Part shown: positions 1-8,681 of the stretch, in pieces
How positions within the stretch are numbered: position 1 is the first letter of the stretch
Layout of the letters: each line of letters opens with the position of its first letter
Source: Guillardia theta CCMP2712
Taxonomy: Eukaryota > Protista > Cryptophyta
Assembly (NCBI RefSeq): GCF_000315625.1
Contig: NW_005434663.1
Span: 1 to 64,000 of the forward strand
Reading direction: 5' to 3'
DNA: 64,000 nucleotides
Translations under genes and position numbers: made by a program
The notes under the pieces: model-generated
What the model was told of the DNA's origin: nothing
The model's input: the letters and a program-made list of their open reading frames with translations, nothing else
The model's database searches: none

Positions 1-955
1 TTTGTGGACTTGCTGGCCTGGCGCCCCAGCGACCAGCATGCGCTGCGCAGCGGCGTGGAGTTGGACCGCTGCAAGGGACTGGCGCAGCAGCTGATAGCGA
101 TAGACGGCAGCTATCTCAGCCGTTGTCATGCCGCCCAAGGTTAGCAGGGGAGTCAGCTCTGCCAAGCTGCCCCCTTTGCCCCAGGGTCCTCTCTTGGCTC
201 GAATCTTGAAAGATCGATCGTGCACGATGCTCACATGTACAGCTGTGAACTTGCGACCATCGATCGCGAAGTCCTCTCTTCCCTGCCAGAGCTTCTCCGC
301 TTGTGCATTGCGGAGGAAGGAAACAGTCACCGGGATCTCTCCAGCACTCGCTATCTCGGGTCTATACGGAGCCTTCCACATGATTGCTTTACTCTCTTGC
401 ACTGAGTCTACGATCAGTCCAATCTCTTCGAATTTCTTCTTCAACTTTTCTTCATGGTTGACATACACCGAGGAGATGCCCAGGAGAGTCATGGAGATGA
501 AGGAAGTTACCTCGTTGCCTGCTGAGGCGGTGTATGTCTCGACCTTCTCCTTCTTGGCTTCCTCAATCTGCTGCATAAACCACTCTCTGGATGCGTCACT
601 CCATCCAGTCATCGCTTCTTGCAGAAGCTCACGTCGTGCCTGCTGACATGTCGAGCGGATGGCTTCTGCGATAGCGTCGGGGGTGCATCCCTCCACAGCC
701 TTGCAAGCCTGGGCTGTCCTGCTGTTCGGATAACGCTTCGCGAAGCTCTTCACCCTCTCGACGAGATCAGCTTCGAGGACAGAGGCATCCACAAGTCCGC
801 TCTGCGTGTATTGGCATGATCTCCGATACAGCAGGTTGCGAACATTTTCATCATACTGAAGAACCATACTTAGAAAGCTATTTGAAGTATACAAACCTCT
901 CGCTTGCAGCTTCCTTGGCGCCCTGGCGGCTTCCCCTACACCTGGCAGGGAGCCA
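1..955 (-). mobile_element. Second-family (B-type) ORF1-like sequence, open off the left edge
   Basis: Shares long nucleotide identities with 12330-13080 (e.g. cgaggagatgcccaggagagtcatggagatgaagga, ctgcgtgtattggcatgatctccgatacagcaggttgcgaac). Protein is homologous to the N-half of element A ORF1. Confidence 0.85.
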
Positions 956-3081
956 TGCACCTCCAGCAGTTGCTTGATTGCTGCTGTCTTGATGCTTTCC
1001 CATTCCGTGTCTTCCACCCTTAGTACCCTGAAATTCTCATGCCATTCCCTTTCCATGATCGATCCTTTCACTCCTGCTATGAATGTTGCTTGTTCAACTT
1101 CATGGTCAGGGAGCAGAGCTGTGATTTCTGCTCTTAGAGCGGCATATTTCTCTTCTTTTTCCTGAAATTTCTTCTTCAGGCATTCCAGGCTTGTTTGTTC
1201 GACTCCGTCATATTCCGATGTCCTTGCGAATTCAATGATGACGATGCGTTTGATGTTTGTAAAGTAGCAGCAACCGTCTGGTATCCATTGTCCTTCTTGG
1301 TGCATGGAAGTCCCCATCGCTTCCATCACGATGCGCATTGGAGTTTCCCACCATGTAGTGACCTGTAGCCTTTGTTTCCTCCAACTCTGCTGCAGTCTTA
1401 CCTTGATCTTCTTCATGACTTGATTGTGTGCTTGTTGGATCATTGCTTGAAACTGCCGACATGCCAGCTGAATATGCCCCCAGGTTTCTTCTCGGTCTGG
1501 ACAGTGGGGGCAGCATGATGAGTTAGTCTTCCCCCATTGAAAGAGCTTCTTCCTCGTCGGTGCTGAGAAGGTTATCGCTTGGATAGCTGTTCGCGTAACT
1601 GAACCCAGGCTTTGTCTTAGCGCTTTGCCTAAGAGATTTCTTCCCACATGCATTTCGAGCATGAACTTCTCTGTCAAGGTGAGGTCTCCCGCTCGAATCC
1701 TTGCCACCATTGTCTGTTGTCTGATAATGTAGTCCCATTTCTTCAAGCGATCGAATCCTGATGTAGGATTTTCTTCTCCTGCAATGATGAATTCCATTGG
1801 GCTATCGTAGATTGCTTTCTCCCATCCCGAGGCAACTGTTTGTTTCCCTTGCTTGGCCAATTCTTTGGCCTCTTGAATGTGTCTCTGAGATTCTTTTGCT
1901 AGTTGGAGTCGGATCCTGATTCCCCTTCCTTCGAGTTTCTTCATGCAAGTGAGTAACCGATCATGTAAGTCCTCCAGCAGTTCGTCTTCGTATCGCATGG
2001 TATCCATTCGCAACGTATTTGTCATAAAGCGGTGGAAACGTGTGGACTGGTACATTATAGTGACTTGATTTCCCCTTTTGATTTGTATTCCTTCCTCAAG
2101 GACATGTTGCAGAAGTAAGCCAATTGCGATTGTGTTCGCTCGGATGATGCTGCACTTCCCATTGATTTTCATCCCTCCTCCTGACGTCATCTCTTTTTGT
2201 TGGAGAACATATCCTATTCGCATGGATCTGTTTTTTCTGCCCTGTGTGATGTCTCCTTCAATAGCTGCTGGGAAATGCCTTCCGCCTTGATGATTGCTGC
2301 GCGGCTGGATCTGATCCCTTCGTCTGTTACACAGCTCCTCATACGTTGGGAGGATGTTGTCCTGAAGCTGGACTCGTAAGTATGTTGGGAGTGTGTGCCT
2401 AACTAGTATCCATAACTCCTCTGCAGTCTTCATCAAACACCTATTCCCTGTTTGCCAGAAGTTTGCTGCATAAGCTATTTGAGCGCCTTTCGGGACCCGG
2501 CTGATAATTTCAAAACCTTCTGGTATCTCATCAATGTAATTCTTCCATCCTATCAGAATGACATGTATTGTATCCAGGATTTGTTCACGAAATCTCTTTT
2601 GTTTGTCCATCCAAACCACCACTCTGTGCAGTTCCCTTGCTCTCTTCTTGTCCAGAGCCTGGGGATGTGTGTGTAGGGTAGGCCAGTTACGAAATGTACT
2701 GATGTCGCATGCTGTAATCTCTGCTAGATGTTGTAAAAACTCGTATGCCAATGGTTGTGTTGTTTCTTGGCGAACCTCTGATACTACCTCCTCGAGTTGT
2801 TGCCACCATGTTGTAGCTTCTGTTTCGCCGTCGTCCAATGCATTAACTATTTCCAGCAGCAGATGTATGCTTTGATTGCAGTCTCTTCGGTTATTACCGT
2901 CCTCTTCCCTTGTTGCAGATGCGAAGGGAGCCGAGTCCAGTGACGCTTCCAACCATTCTATTGGTGGATCCACGGTCTTGCTTTCTTCAATTTGAGATCG
3001 CTCAAAGATGGCTATGTTCCCTTGAACTTTGAAAGGTAATTGCTTGTAGTGTAACAGAATCTTTCTTGCTGATTCCCTCCT
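1..3081 (-). CDS. Element A ORF2 C-terminal fragment (open off the left edge): degenerate RNase H, CCHC knuckle, restriction-like endonuclease, continuing in frame into an ORF1-like sequence
   Basis: Manual translation gives 1027 codons with no stop. It contains CPHCPDREETWGHIQLAC (1459-1512), AHNQV, WIPDGCCYF..RIVIIEFART..EKEEKY..FIAGVKGSI. It is missing from the ORF track because it has no stop in the window. Confidence 0.9.
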
Positions 3082-5630
3082 TCATCATAACAGGTGGGGT
3101 CATGTTGGAGCCACCGCCTCAAAATTACCCGGGTACAAGCCTTCGTATTCGTTTCCTCTCTCCCTTGGTCCGGTCTGGCTAGTTTCTTGTGTGGCTGAAG
3201 TTCATGTGGGCTAGCCTCCCTTTTTCCTTTCCTTCTCTTGTTTAGAGGCTTCCCCTCCTCCCTGGCTGGCCTTCTTCTCTTCCCTGTTCCTGCCTGCTCA
3301 AGTCCGAGTTTTGCCCAGATGACATTCGCTTGCAGATATTGTGCAAGGATTTCTTCTGCTTGTTCCCTTTGCTTTGGGAATGGCCAGAGTCGGATGGGCA
3401 GGTGCAGGGAGATGCCCTCGGTATCTGGGACGGGTAAGACACTTGTCATGGAGTGGAAGCCTACTTGGGGCAGTAGTCTCCATGCCTTTGCAAAACTCTC
3501 CCAGCCTTGCCGAGCAGGAGATGTAGGTAGGGAGTTTTCTCCGGACAGCAGGGAGTTTTCTTCTGAGAGCATCTTGTCCTCCAGGTCATGTAAGATGGCT
3601 ATTGTCCCCGGTTTCATCTTGCTTTCAATCATTTCCCAACTGATGGTGGTCTGCATTTTTTCCGCTATCCAGATTGCGAGTCTCTCCGGTCCTCTTATCT
3701 CTTCGTTCTCTTTGAGTCTGCCCGATCTGATTTCTCGTTGTAGCTGGTTTATTGTTTGACACCCCCATTGGTTGCACCATGATGTTAGTTTGTGGATCAG
3801 ACTGCTTTTGATATCATCATCCACCCTGCATTTCTTATTCGTTTCTTTCTCTAGATACCGAATCGCCGCCCTTCCCAAGATGGGTGCTGGATGGGGGAGT
3901 TGGAGGCCTCCTTTGTCCCAAGGTAGGTGAAAGATAGCGTTGCTTGTACTCTTGCTCAATCCCATAGCTCTTTTGAATGCTCTGGTCCAGAGGGTATCTA
4001 AGGTTTGTAAGTCTGACCAAGACCAGCTCACCAGTACCGCCGAGTATCTAAAGATATTGACGATGCCTACCTTCACCAGGTAATATTTTTGGGCTGCCGA
4101 GTAAGCAGATGATTCAATCAGCTTTGTCAGTTCTTTTGTCTTCTCCAAGATGTGTTCTTTCTCTCCCCACGTGAAGGGGCAGGTGTGCGCCTTGTTGCCT
4201 CTTCCTCCTGGTCTCCACAAGCTGATCCGGATCCCTAGATATTTGAACCATTTTGTCGGTGGTAGGTTCACAAACTCCTTGTCGAAGAACTTGATGGTCT
4301 GTGTTCCTGGGATCTCCCTTCTTAGCCGATAATCAAAGCTGGTGATTTCAGATTTCTTCGTGTTCAGTTCTAATCCACTCCATCGACAGAATCGCTCTAC
4401 CACTTGGACAAGCGTTTTCATCTCTCTCACTGAATGTGCTATCAGGACAAGGTCGTCTGCAAATGACAGATTATTAGGGTGTTGAGTTGCAATCTCGTCT
4501 TGTTGTTGATCAAGTTGTTTGGACAAGATGCTGAGCAGAAGATTTGTTTTTGGCGGACTTGCGGGGCTGCCTTGGGGTAATCCTCTGAGAAGTGGGATGG
4601 CTGCTGTTTCGAACCTCTCTGTCTGAATTTGCAGCGCTATCCCTTGGCTACAACTGATTGCGACGTCTACATCACACTGGTGAAAGCCATATACTTCCAT
4701 GATTTTTGCAATGGATTCGACTGCCACATTGTTAAAGAAGTTTGCAAAGTCGAGGTACAGCAGGATGAGGTCGTGTTGATTACTCTGAGCCTCCTCGATG
4801 ATGTTGAGTAGACGATGACCCTGCCTGATCGTTCCTCCCTCTGGTCTGAAACCTTCCTGGTTGTTAGTGAGTAGCTTATGTTTTTCAGCAGCTTTTGCCA
4901 GTCTGTGCGCTATGACTGCCTGGAAGATCCTCGTTATCGAGGAGAGGACGCATATAGGTCTTTGATTCTCCAAGATGTGACATATCTCATTTTTTGGGAG
5001 GAGCCTAACTCTCGCGAGCATCTTTAGTGTTTGCTTGTCTCCGATCAAGGCTCGGCTGATTGTCTTGCCTATTTCCTCCTTTGCACTGTCAGGCAGAGCT
5101 TTCAGAATCTCGTTTGAAATCAAATCCATGCCTGCTGCTTTCCGGTTGGCCAGTTTTTGAATCCATACTTGGATCTCGCCTGGCTCCAGCGGGTAAGCTA
5201 TCTCTACATCCCTGGTCGGGTGTTGATTGATTTGCTCTGGGGGTTCGAAGTCCGGTGGTTTGACGGAAGTCAGTGATTGACAGCTTTTGCAGAAGAAGAG
5301 GATTGATGCTTCTTCGTTTTTCTGGCTTTTGTCATATAACGGAATCAGTCGTCCTTTTGTTTGACATTCAGCTCTTGCACAGGTTCCGTTCATGGTACAT
5401 CCGTTGACTGCAAAGAAGGTTGCCGTGTGGGTTTCATCTTCTAGATCTCTTGCCAATCTCATGGGGAGGAATTGCTCGATGTTTTTGTATCCTTCCAGGC
5501 GCCACCCTCCTGGCTGTGTGATCAGTCCTCGGATGATGGGTACGATTGCGTGTGCAGGCGCCAGAGTTATGAACAGCTTTTGTGTCAGTGTTGCCTGGTT
5601 CCTCGCCCCGAGAACCTCGACGTGCAGCAT
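3012..5630 (-). CDS. Element A ORF2 fragment: non-LTR reverse transcriptase
   Basis: Motifs KAAGMDLI, RPICVLS, NQEGFRP, LDFANFFNNV, GLPQGSPASP, FADD, GLELNTKKS, FKYLGI, LPWDKGGL. Confidence 0.96.
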   Translation of the reverse strand: MLHVEVLGARNQATLTQKLFITLAPAHAIVPIIRGLITQPGGWRLEGYKNIEQFLPMRLARDLEDETHTATFFAVNGCTMNGTCARAECQTKGRLIPLYDKSQKNEEASILFFCKSCQSLTSVKPPDFEPPEQINQHPTRDVEIAYPLEPGEIQVWIQKLANRKAAGMDLISNEILKALPDSAKEEIGKTISRALIGDKQTLKMLARVRLLPKNEICHILENQRPICVLSSITRIFQAVIAHRLAKAAEKHKLLTNNQEGFRPEGGTIRQGHRLLNIIEEAQSNQHDLILLYLDFANFFNNVAVESIAKIMEVYGFHQCDVDVAISCSQGIALQIQTERFETAAIPLLRGLPQGSPASPPKTNLLLSILSKQLDQQQDEIATQHPNNLSFADDLVLIAHSVREMKTLVQVVERFCRWSGLELNTKKSEITSFDYRLRREIPGTQTIKFFDKEFVNLPPTKWFKYLGIRISLWRPGGRGNKAHTCPFTWGEKEHILEKTKELTKLIESSAYSAAQKYYLVKVGIVNIFRYSAVLVSWSWSDLQTLDTLWTRAFKRAMGLSKSTSNAIFHLPWDKGGLQLPHPAPILGRAAIRYLEKETNKKCRVDDDIKSSLIHKLTSWCNQWGCQTINQLQREIRSGRLKENEEIRGPERLAIWIAEKMQTTISWEMIESKMKPGTIAILHDLEDKMLSEENSLLSGENSLPTSPARQGWESFAKAWRLLPQVGFHSMTSVLPVPDTEGISLHLPIRLWPFPKQREQAEEILAQYLQANVIWAKLGLEQAGTGKRRRPAREEGKPLNKRRKGKREASPHELQPHKKLARPDQGREETNTKACTRVILRRWLQHDPTCYDEGGNQQERFCYTTSNYLSKFKGT

Positions 5631-7728
5631 GGTTTGATGTCTTGCACTCCAAAAGGTTTTGCTTGATTCTTTGGAGTTGTTCTGGAGGAATGTCTCGATT
5701 AACGGGTTCAGTTCTTGAAGATATGCTGTCTCCGGCTGTTGCAGCGCTGGCTGGAGATCTCTCCATGACGTTGTTTGGGTGGCACTTCTCTGGCAGTTGA
5801 CTCAGCATTGGGGCTTTGGGCTTAAAGTCTGACTTCTTGCCCATTGCATTTTGAGACTCTTTACTCCCTATCGTGCCCAAGCGTCTTCTTCGTTCTTCGC
5901 ATGTTTTCAGGAATATCTCTTGGTCTTGTGCTGCGCAGATCTCCTTGAATTTGGTCATATTCTCTCTTATTTCTGCATGTAAGCTCGACTCCTTGTGTGC
6001 GCGATCAATAAAGTCTGGAATTTCTGAAGCGTTTCTTAAGTCCTTGTGAAGTTGCTTGATTTTGCGCTTCAGATCCATCTGAATTTTGGATGCATGTCTT
6101 TTCCCGCTGGAGCCTCGTAGCGGAATTTCCTTGATGGGGAGGGCTGTTGTTATCAATTCGAGAATGTCGCAATCTTGATGTAGAGCTTGTGCCGCTTTTA
6201 TCTTCTCATCAAGTGCTATTGCCCATTCCACGCCTAGTCTTCCCGATAGCTTGTCCATCTCGACCACCCTTTTCTTTCGTCGAGGGGTTGCTTCTCGATC
6301 CCTCCTTTGCGGGAGGATTTCAATCTTTGGGATGGCTTGCTTACCCTCAGCATCGAGAGAGCTCACATTCACTACAAGTGCTCTGTGGTCGACTGCGGCT
6401 CCTATGATGCAATCCTCTGCGGTCTGCGATATTAAGCTTACTGTGCGAGATGGATGGTGTAATGCAAAGACATGATCCAGTTTTGCTTGGTGATGACCCT
6501 GCTTGTACCATGTGGAGAAGGTGAAGTGCGTGCTGCTTCTGCTCATCTTCTCGCAAGTGACCATCTGGGATCGTCCAAGTTCGTTTAAGCCTTGTTCCAT
6601 TCTCTCATCTGCACGGTGCATACTCGATTTGCTCCCGTATCCGACTCTCATGGGGATCTCTGGATGTTGTCGAGATGCATTGAAGTCGCCTCCTATGATG
6701 GTGAGCTTGACACTTGGCTCCGTCTTGAGCATCTGGCTCAGCGTTGCCCACATCTCGTCTTGATCCTCCCCTTGCGCTGCAGTAGGAAAGTGGGTGTTAC
6801 AGATCCCTATCGGTTCTTTTTTTCCGATCTGTAAAAGTTGTATTCTTTTTTGGAGATTCTGCTCTTCCAACATGTCAGCGCGGCGGCAGAGCAGGGGGGA
6901 GGGACGAGGGAGAAGGTCCGCATGTACTAGCGTCACAAGGCGAAGATCACTCTTACCCTTTCTCCCCTCCCCTGCACCTTTCGTCATGAACACTCGGTAG
7001 CATCCCCATTCTTTCTTGATCATCATTCGGAGATCTGCCTCCTTTCGTTTTCCCCCGACCAAAACTTCTTGAAGTAGCACGACTGTTGGTTGATATGTTT
7101 CAATCAGGTATCCTAGGATGTGTTTCAGCACAAATTGACTGCATCCATTGACATTGTGAGAAATGATGTTGCCAGGGGCGTTGTCCTTCCTGTGCGTTTC
7201 CACCCATGCTGATTGCACTGACCTGTCGGTGGTAGTCGTGGGTGGTTTGCTGCCTGCTGGTAGGATTTGCTCCTCCGCCCCCGTTGCCCATTGAAGGTGA
7301 GACGAGTTCCCATCTTGCATCTTTGTTGGGCCTGGTAGCTCCTCCTCTCCCCTTGTCTCCTTGTCGTTCTTCGAGATTGGCGCTGTGTGCATTGCTTGTG
7401 GCGGAGGAGGTGGCTGGAGTGGAGAGACGGGGCATGAAGCAGGAGGTGGGGGAGGGGAGGACGTCAGGATGTCTACCTGTGCTGACCTGTCTTGTAGTTG
7501 CAGGACCGTCGCGGCTATGAGCTTCGTTGATCCTTGTCCTCCTTGCTCCTGCTCGTCTTCCAATCTCTCCTGTAGCCGTGCATCTTCAGATGCCTGGGTC
7601 GCCTGTAGATCGCCTGCGCGTTCTTGGCCGTCTTCTCGCCTTTCCATCCGGTTAGGTATACGTTCCATGGTGAGCTCTGCAGCTTGCCATTCCTTGTAAC
7701 CTGTATCTTGCGCGTGCTGTAGAGCCAT
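5434..7728 (-). CDS. Element A ORF2 fragment: apurinic/apyrimidinic-like endonuclease (APE)
   Basis: Motifs SHNVNG, VLLQEV, ICNTHFP, IGGDFNA, KLDHVF, VDHRAL in canonical order. Confidence 0.92.
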   Translation of the reverse strand: MALQHAQDTGYKEWQAAELTMERIPNRMERREDGQERAGDLQATQASEDARLQERLEDEQEQGGQGSTKLIAATVLQLQDRSAQVDILTSSPPPPPASCPVSPLQPPPPPQAMHTAPISKNDKETRGEEELPGPTKMQDGNSSHLQWATGAEEQILPAGSKPPTTTTDRSVQSAWVETHRKDNAPGNIISHNVNGCSQFVLKHILGYLIETYQPTVVLLQEVLVGGKRKEADLRMMIKKEWGCYRVFMTKGAGEGRKGKSDLRLVTLVHADLLPRPSPLLCRRADMLEEQNLQKRIQLLQIGKKEPIGICNTHFPTAAQGEDQDEMWATLSQMLKTEPSVKLTIIGGDFNASRQHPEIPMRVGYGSKSSMHRADERMEQGLNELGRSQMVTCEKMSRSSTHFTFSTWYKQGHHQAKLDHVFALHHPSRTVSLISQTAEDCIIGAAVDHRALVVNVSSLDAEGKQAIPKIEILPQRRDREATPRRKKRVVEMDKLSGRLGVEWAIALDEKIKAAQALHQDCDILELITTALPIKEIPLRGSSGKRHASKIQMDLKRKIKQLHKDLRNASEIPDFIDRAHKESSLHAEIRENMTKFKEICAAQDQEIFLKTCEERRRRLGTIGSKESQNAMGKKSDFKPKAPMLSQLPEKCHPNNVMERSPASAATAGDSISSRTEPVNRDIPPEQLQRIKQNLLECKTSNHAARRGSRGEEPGNTDTKAVHNSGACTRNRTHHPRTDHTARRVAPGRIQKHRAIPPHEIGKRSRR

Positions 7729-7785
7729 GGTGAGCTCTGCAGCTTGCCATTCCTTGTAACCTGTATCTTGCGCGTGCTGTAGAGC
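7665..7785. repeat. Exact 60-bp tandem duplication in ORF2
   Basis: ccatggtgagctctgcagcttgcc...gctgtagag x2. Confidence 0.95.
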
Positions 7786-7808
7786 TCATCCAGCAGCAGA
7801 TGTCTTGT

Positions 7809-8681
7809 TCATGCGTGTTTTCCTTCGGGGGGGACGCCTTGTTGCCTCCCTGTGTTGAAGATATCTTGTTGTTGTGTTTTCCTTCGTGTCTGCAGCCCAG
7901 TTGACACACATGCCCTCCATGCCGTGTCGTCACAGTGTTCTTGTTGATCGCTAAGCCCAGTTGACACACATGCCCTCCATGCCGTGTCGTCACAGTGTTC
8001 TTGTTGATCGCTAATTGCCTCGGTGATAATCGTCGCCATGAGTATTCGCTGTGCGCCCCCCAATTGAAACTGTGCCTCCCTTTGGCTTCTGACTGTCCCC
8101 AGGTCTCTCTCAAGGGCCGTGCTAAGCGAGTCGACGATGTGTATTCTTTTTGTGTTAACATCTGCCACGATTAGGATCCAATGATTGCCGTTCTCTACGC
8201 AAGGGAATAAGAATGGTTGAGCTGCCCCGGCTAGCAGTCGTTTTGCTCTCCGTGCCCTTCCCTCCTGATCTCTCAAACCCGCTACTATTCTCGGGAGAAC
8301 AATGGTCCCTCTCTGCAGCCCAAATTGGTTTCTAGTTTGCTCGCTGGCATACCTCGTGCCTTGGAGCCATGCTATTTGAAATCTGTCTTCCGCTGGTTCT
8401 AAATTTCGGTTTACCTCAACGATTAATGCCTCCATAACGTCCTCAGAGAGAAATCCATCTTCTCCTGAGTTGAGCAGCGCCGCTGCTCCGTACTCTCTAT
8501 TGTTTTCCCGTAGACTCCAGGGGATCTCCCCTATCAAGTCGAATGTTTGTATTTTTCTGTTTTTTGGATTCTTTTTGTCATTCTTTTTCTCACCTTCTTG
8601 TCTCTTTCTGCTTGATTCCACCACGCCCTGGTGCCCACTGTCCCACCTGCCCTCAACTCCTCCTCCTCCTCCTGCTTCCAT
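7809..8681 (-). CDS. Element A ORF2 N-terminus: Ulp1/SENP (peptidase C48)-like domain
   Basis: FLSEDVME...FLFPCVENGNHWILIVADVNTKRIHIVDSL matches the C48 H-W-x-L-x-V-x-D...(Y/V)DSL signature. The QQ-x-x-x-x-D segment is duplicated. Confidence 0.7.
   Translation of the reverse strand: MEAGGGGGVEGRWDSGHQGVVESSRKRQEGEKKNDKKNPKNRKIQTFDLIGEIPWSLRENNREYGAAALLNSGEDGFLSEDVMEALIVEVNRNLEPAEDRFQIAWLQGTRYASEQTRNQFGLQRGTIVLPRIVAGLRDQEGRARRAKRLLAGAAQPFLFPCVENGNHWILIVADVNTKRIHIVDSLSTALERDLGTVRSQREAQFQLGGAQRILMATIITEAISDQQEHCDDTAWRACVSTGLSDQQEHCDDTAWRACVSTGLQTRRKTQQQDIFNTGRQQGVPPEGKHA
7894..8014. repeat. Exact 60-bp tandem duplication in the protease domain
   Basis: agcccagttgacacacatgccc...gatcgcta x2 (SDQQEHCDDTAWRACVSTGL x2). 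Confidence 0.95.

Noticed and set aside
128-646. Plus-strand ORFs 128-646, 11182-11883 and 12656-13141 as genes
   Set aside because: Antisense shadows of the ORF1-like sequences.
3012-3081. Programmed -1 frameshift between RT and the C-terminal frame
   Set aside because: No canonical XXXYYYZ slippery site seen. Other frameshifts (~5600, ~7800) point to decay or sequencing error.
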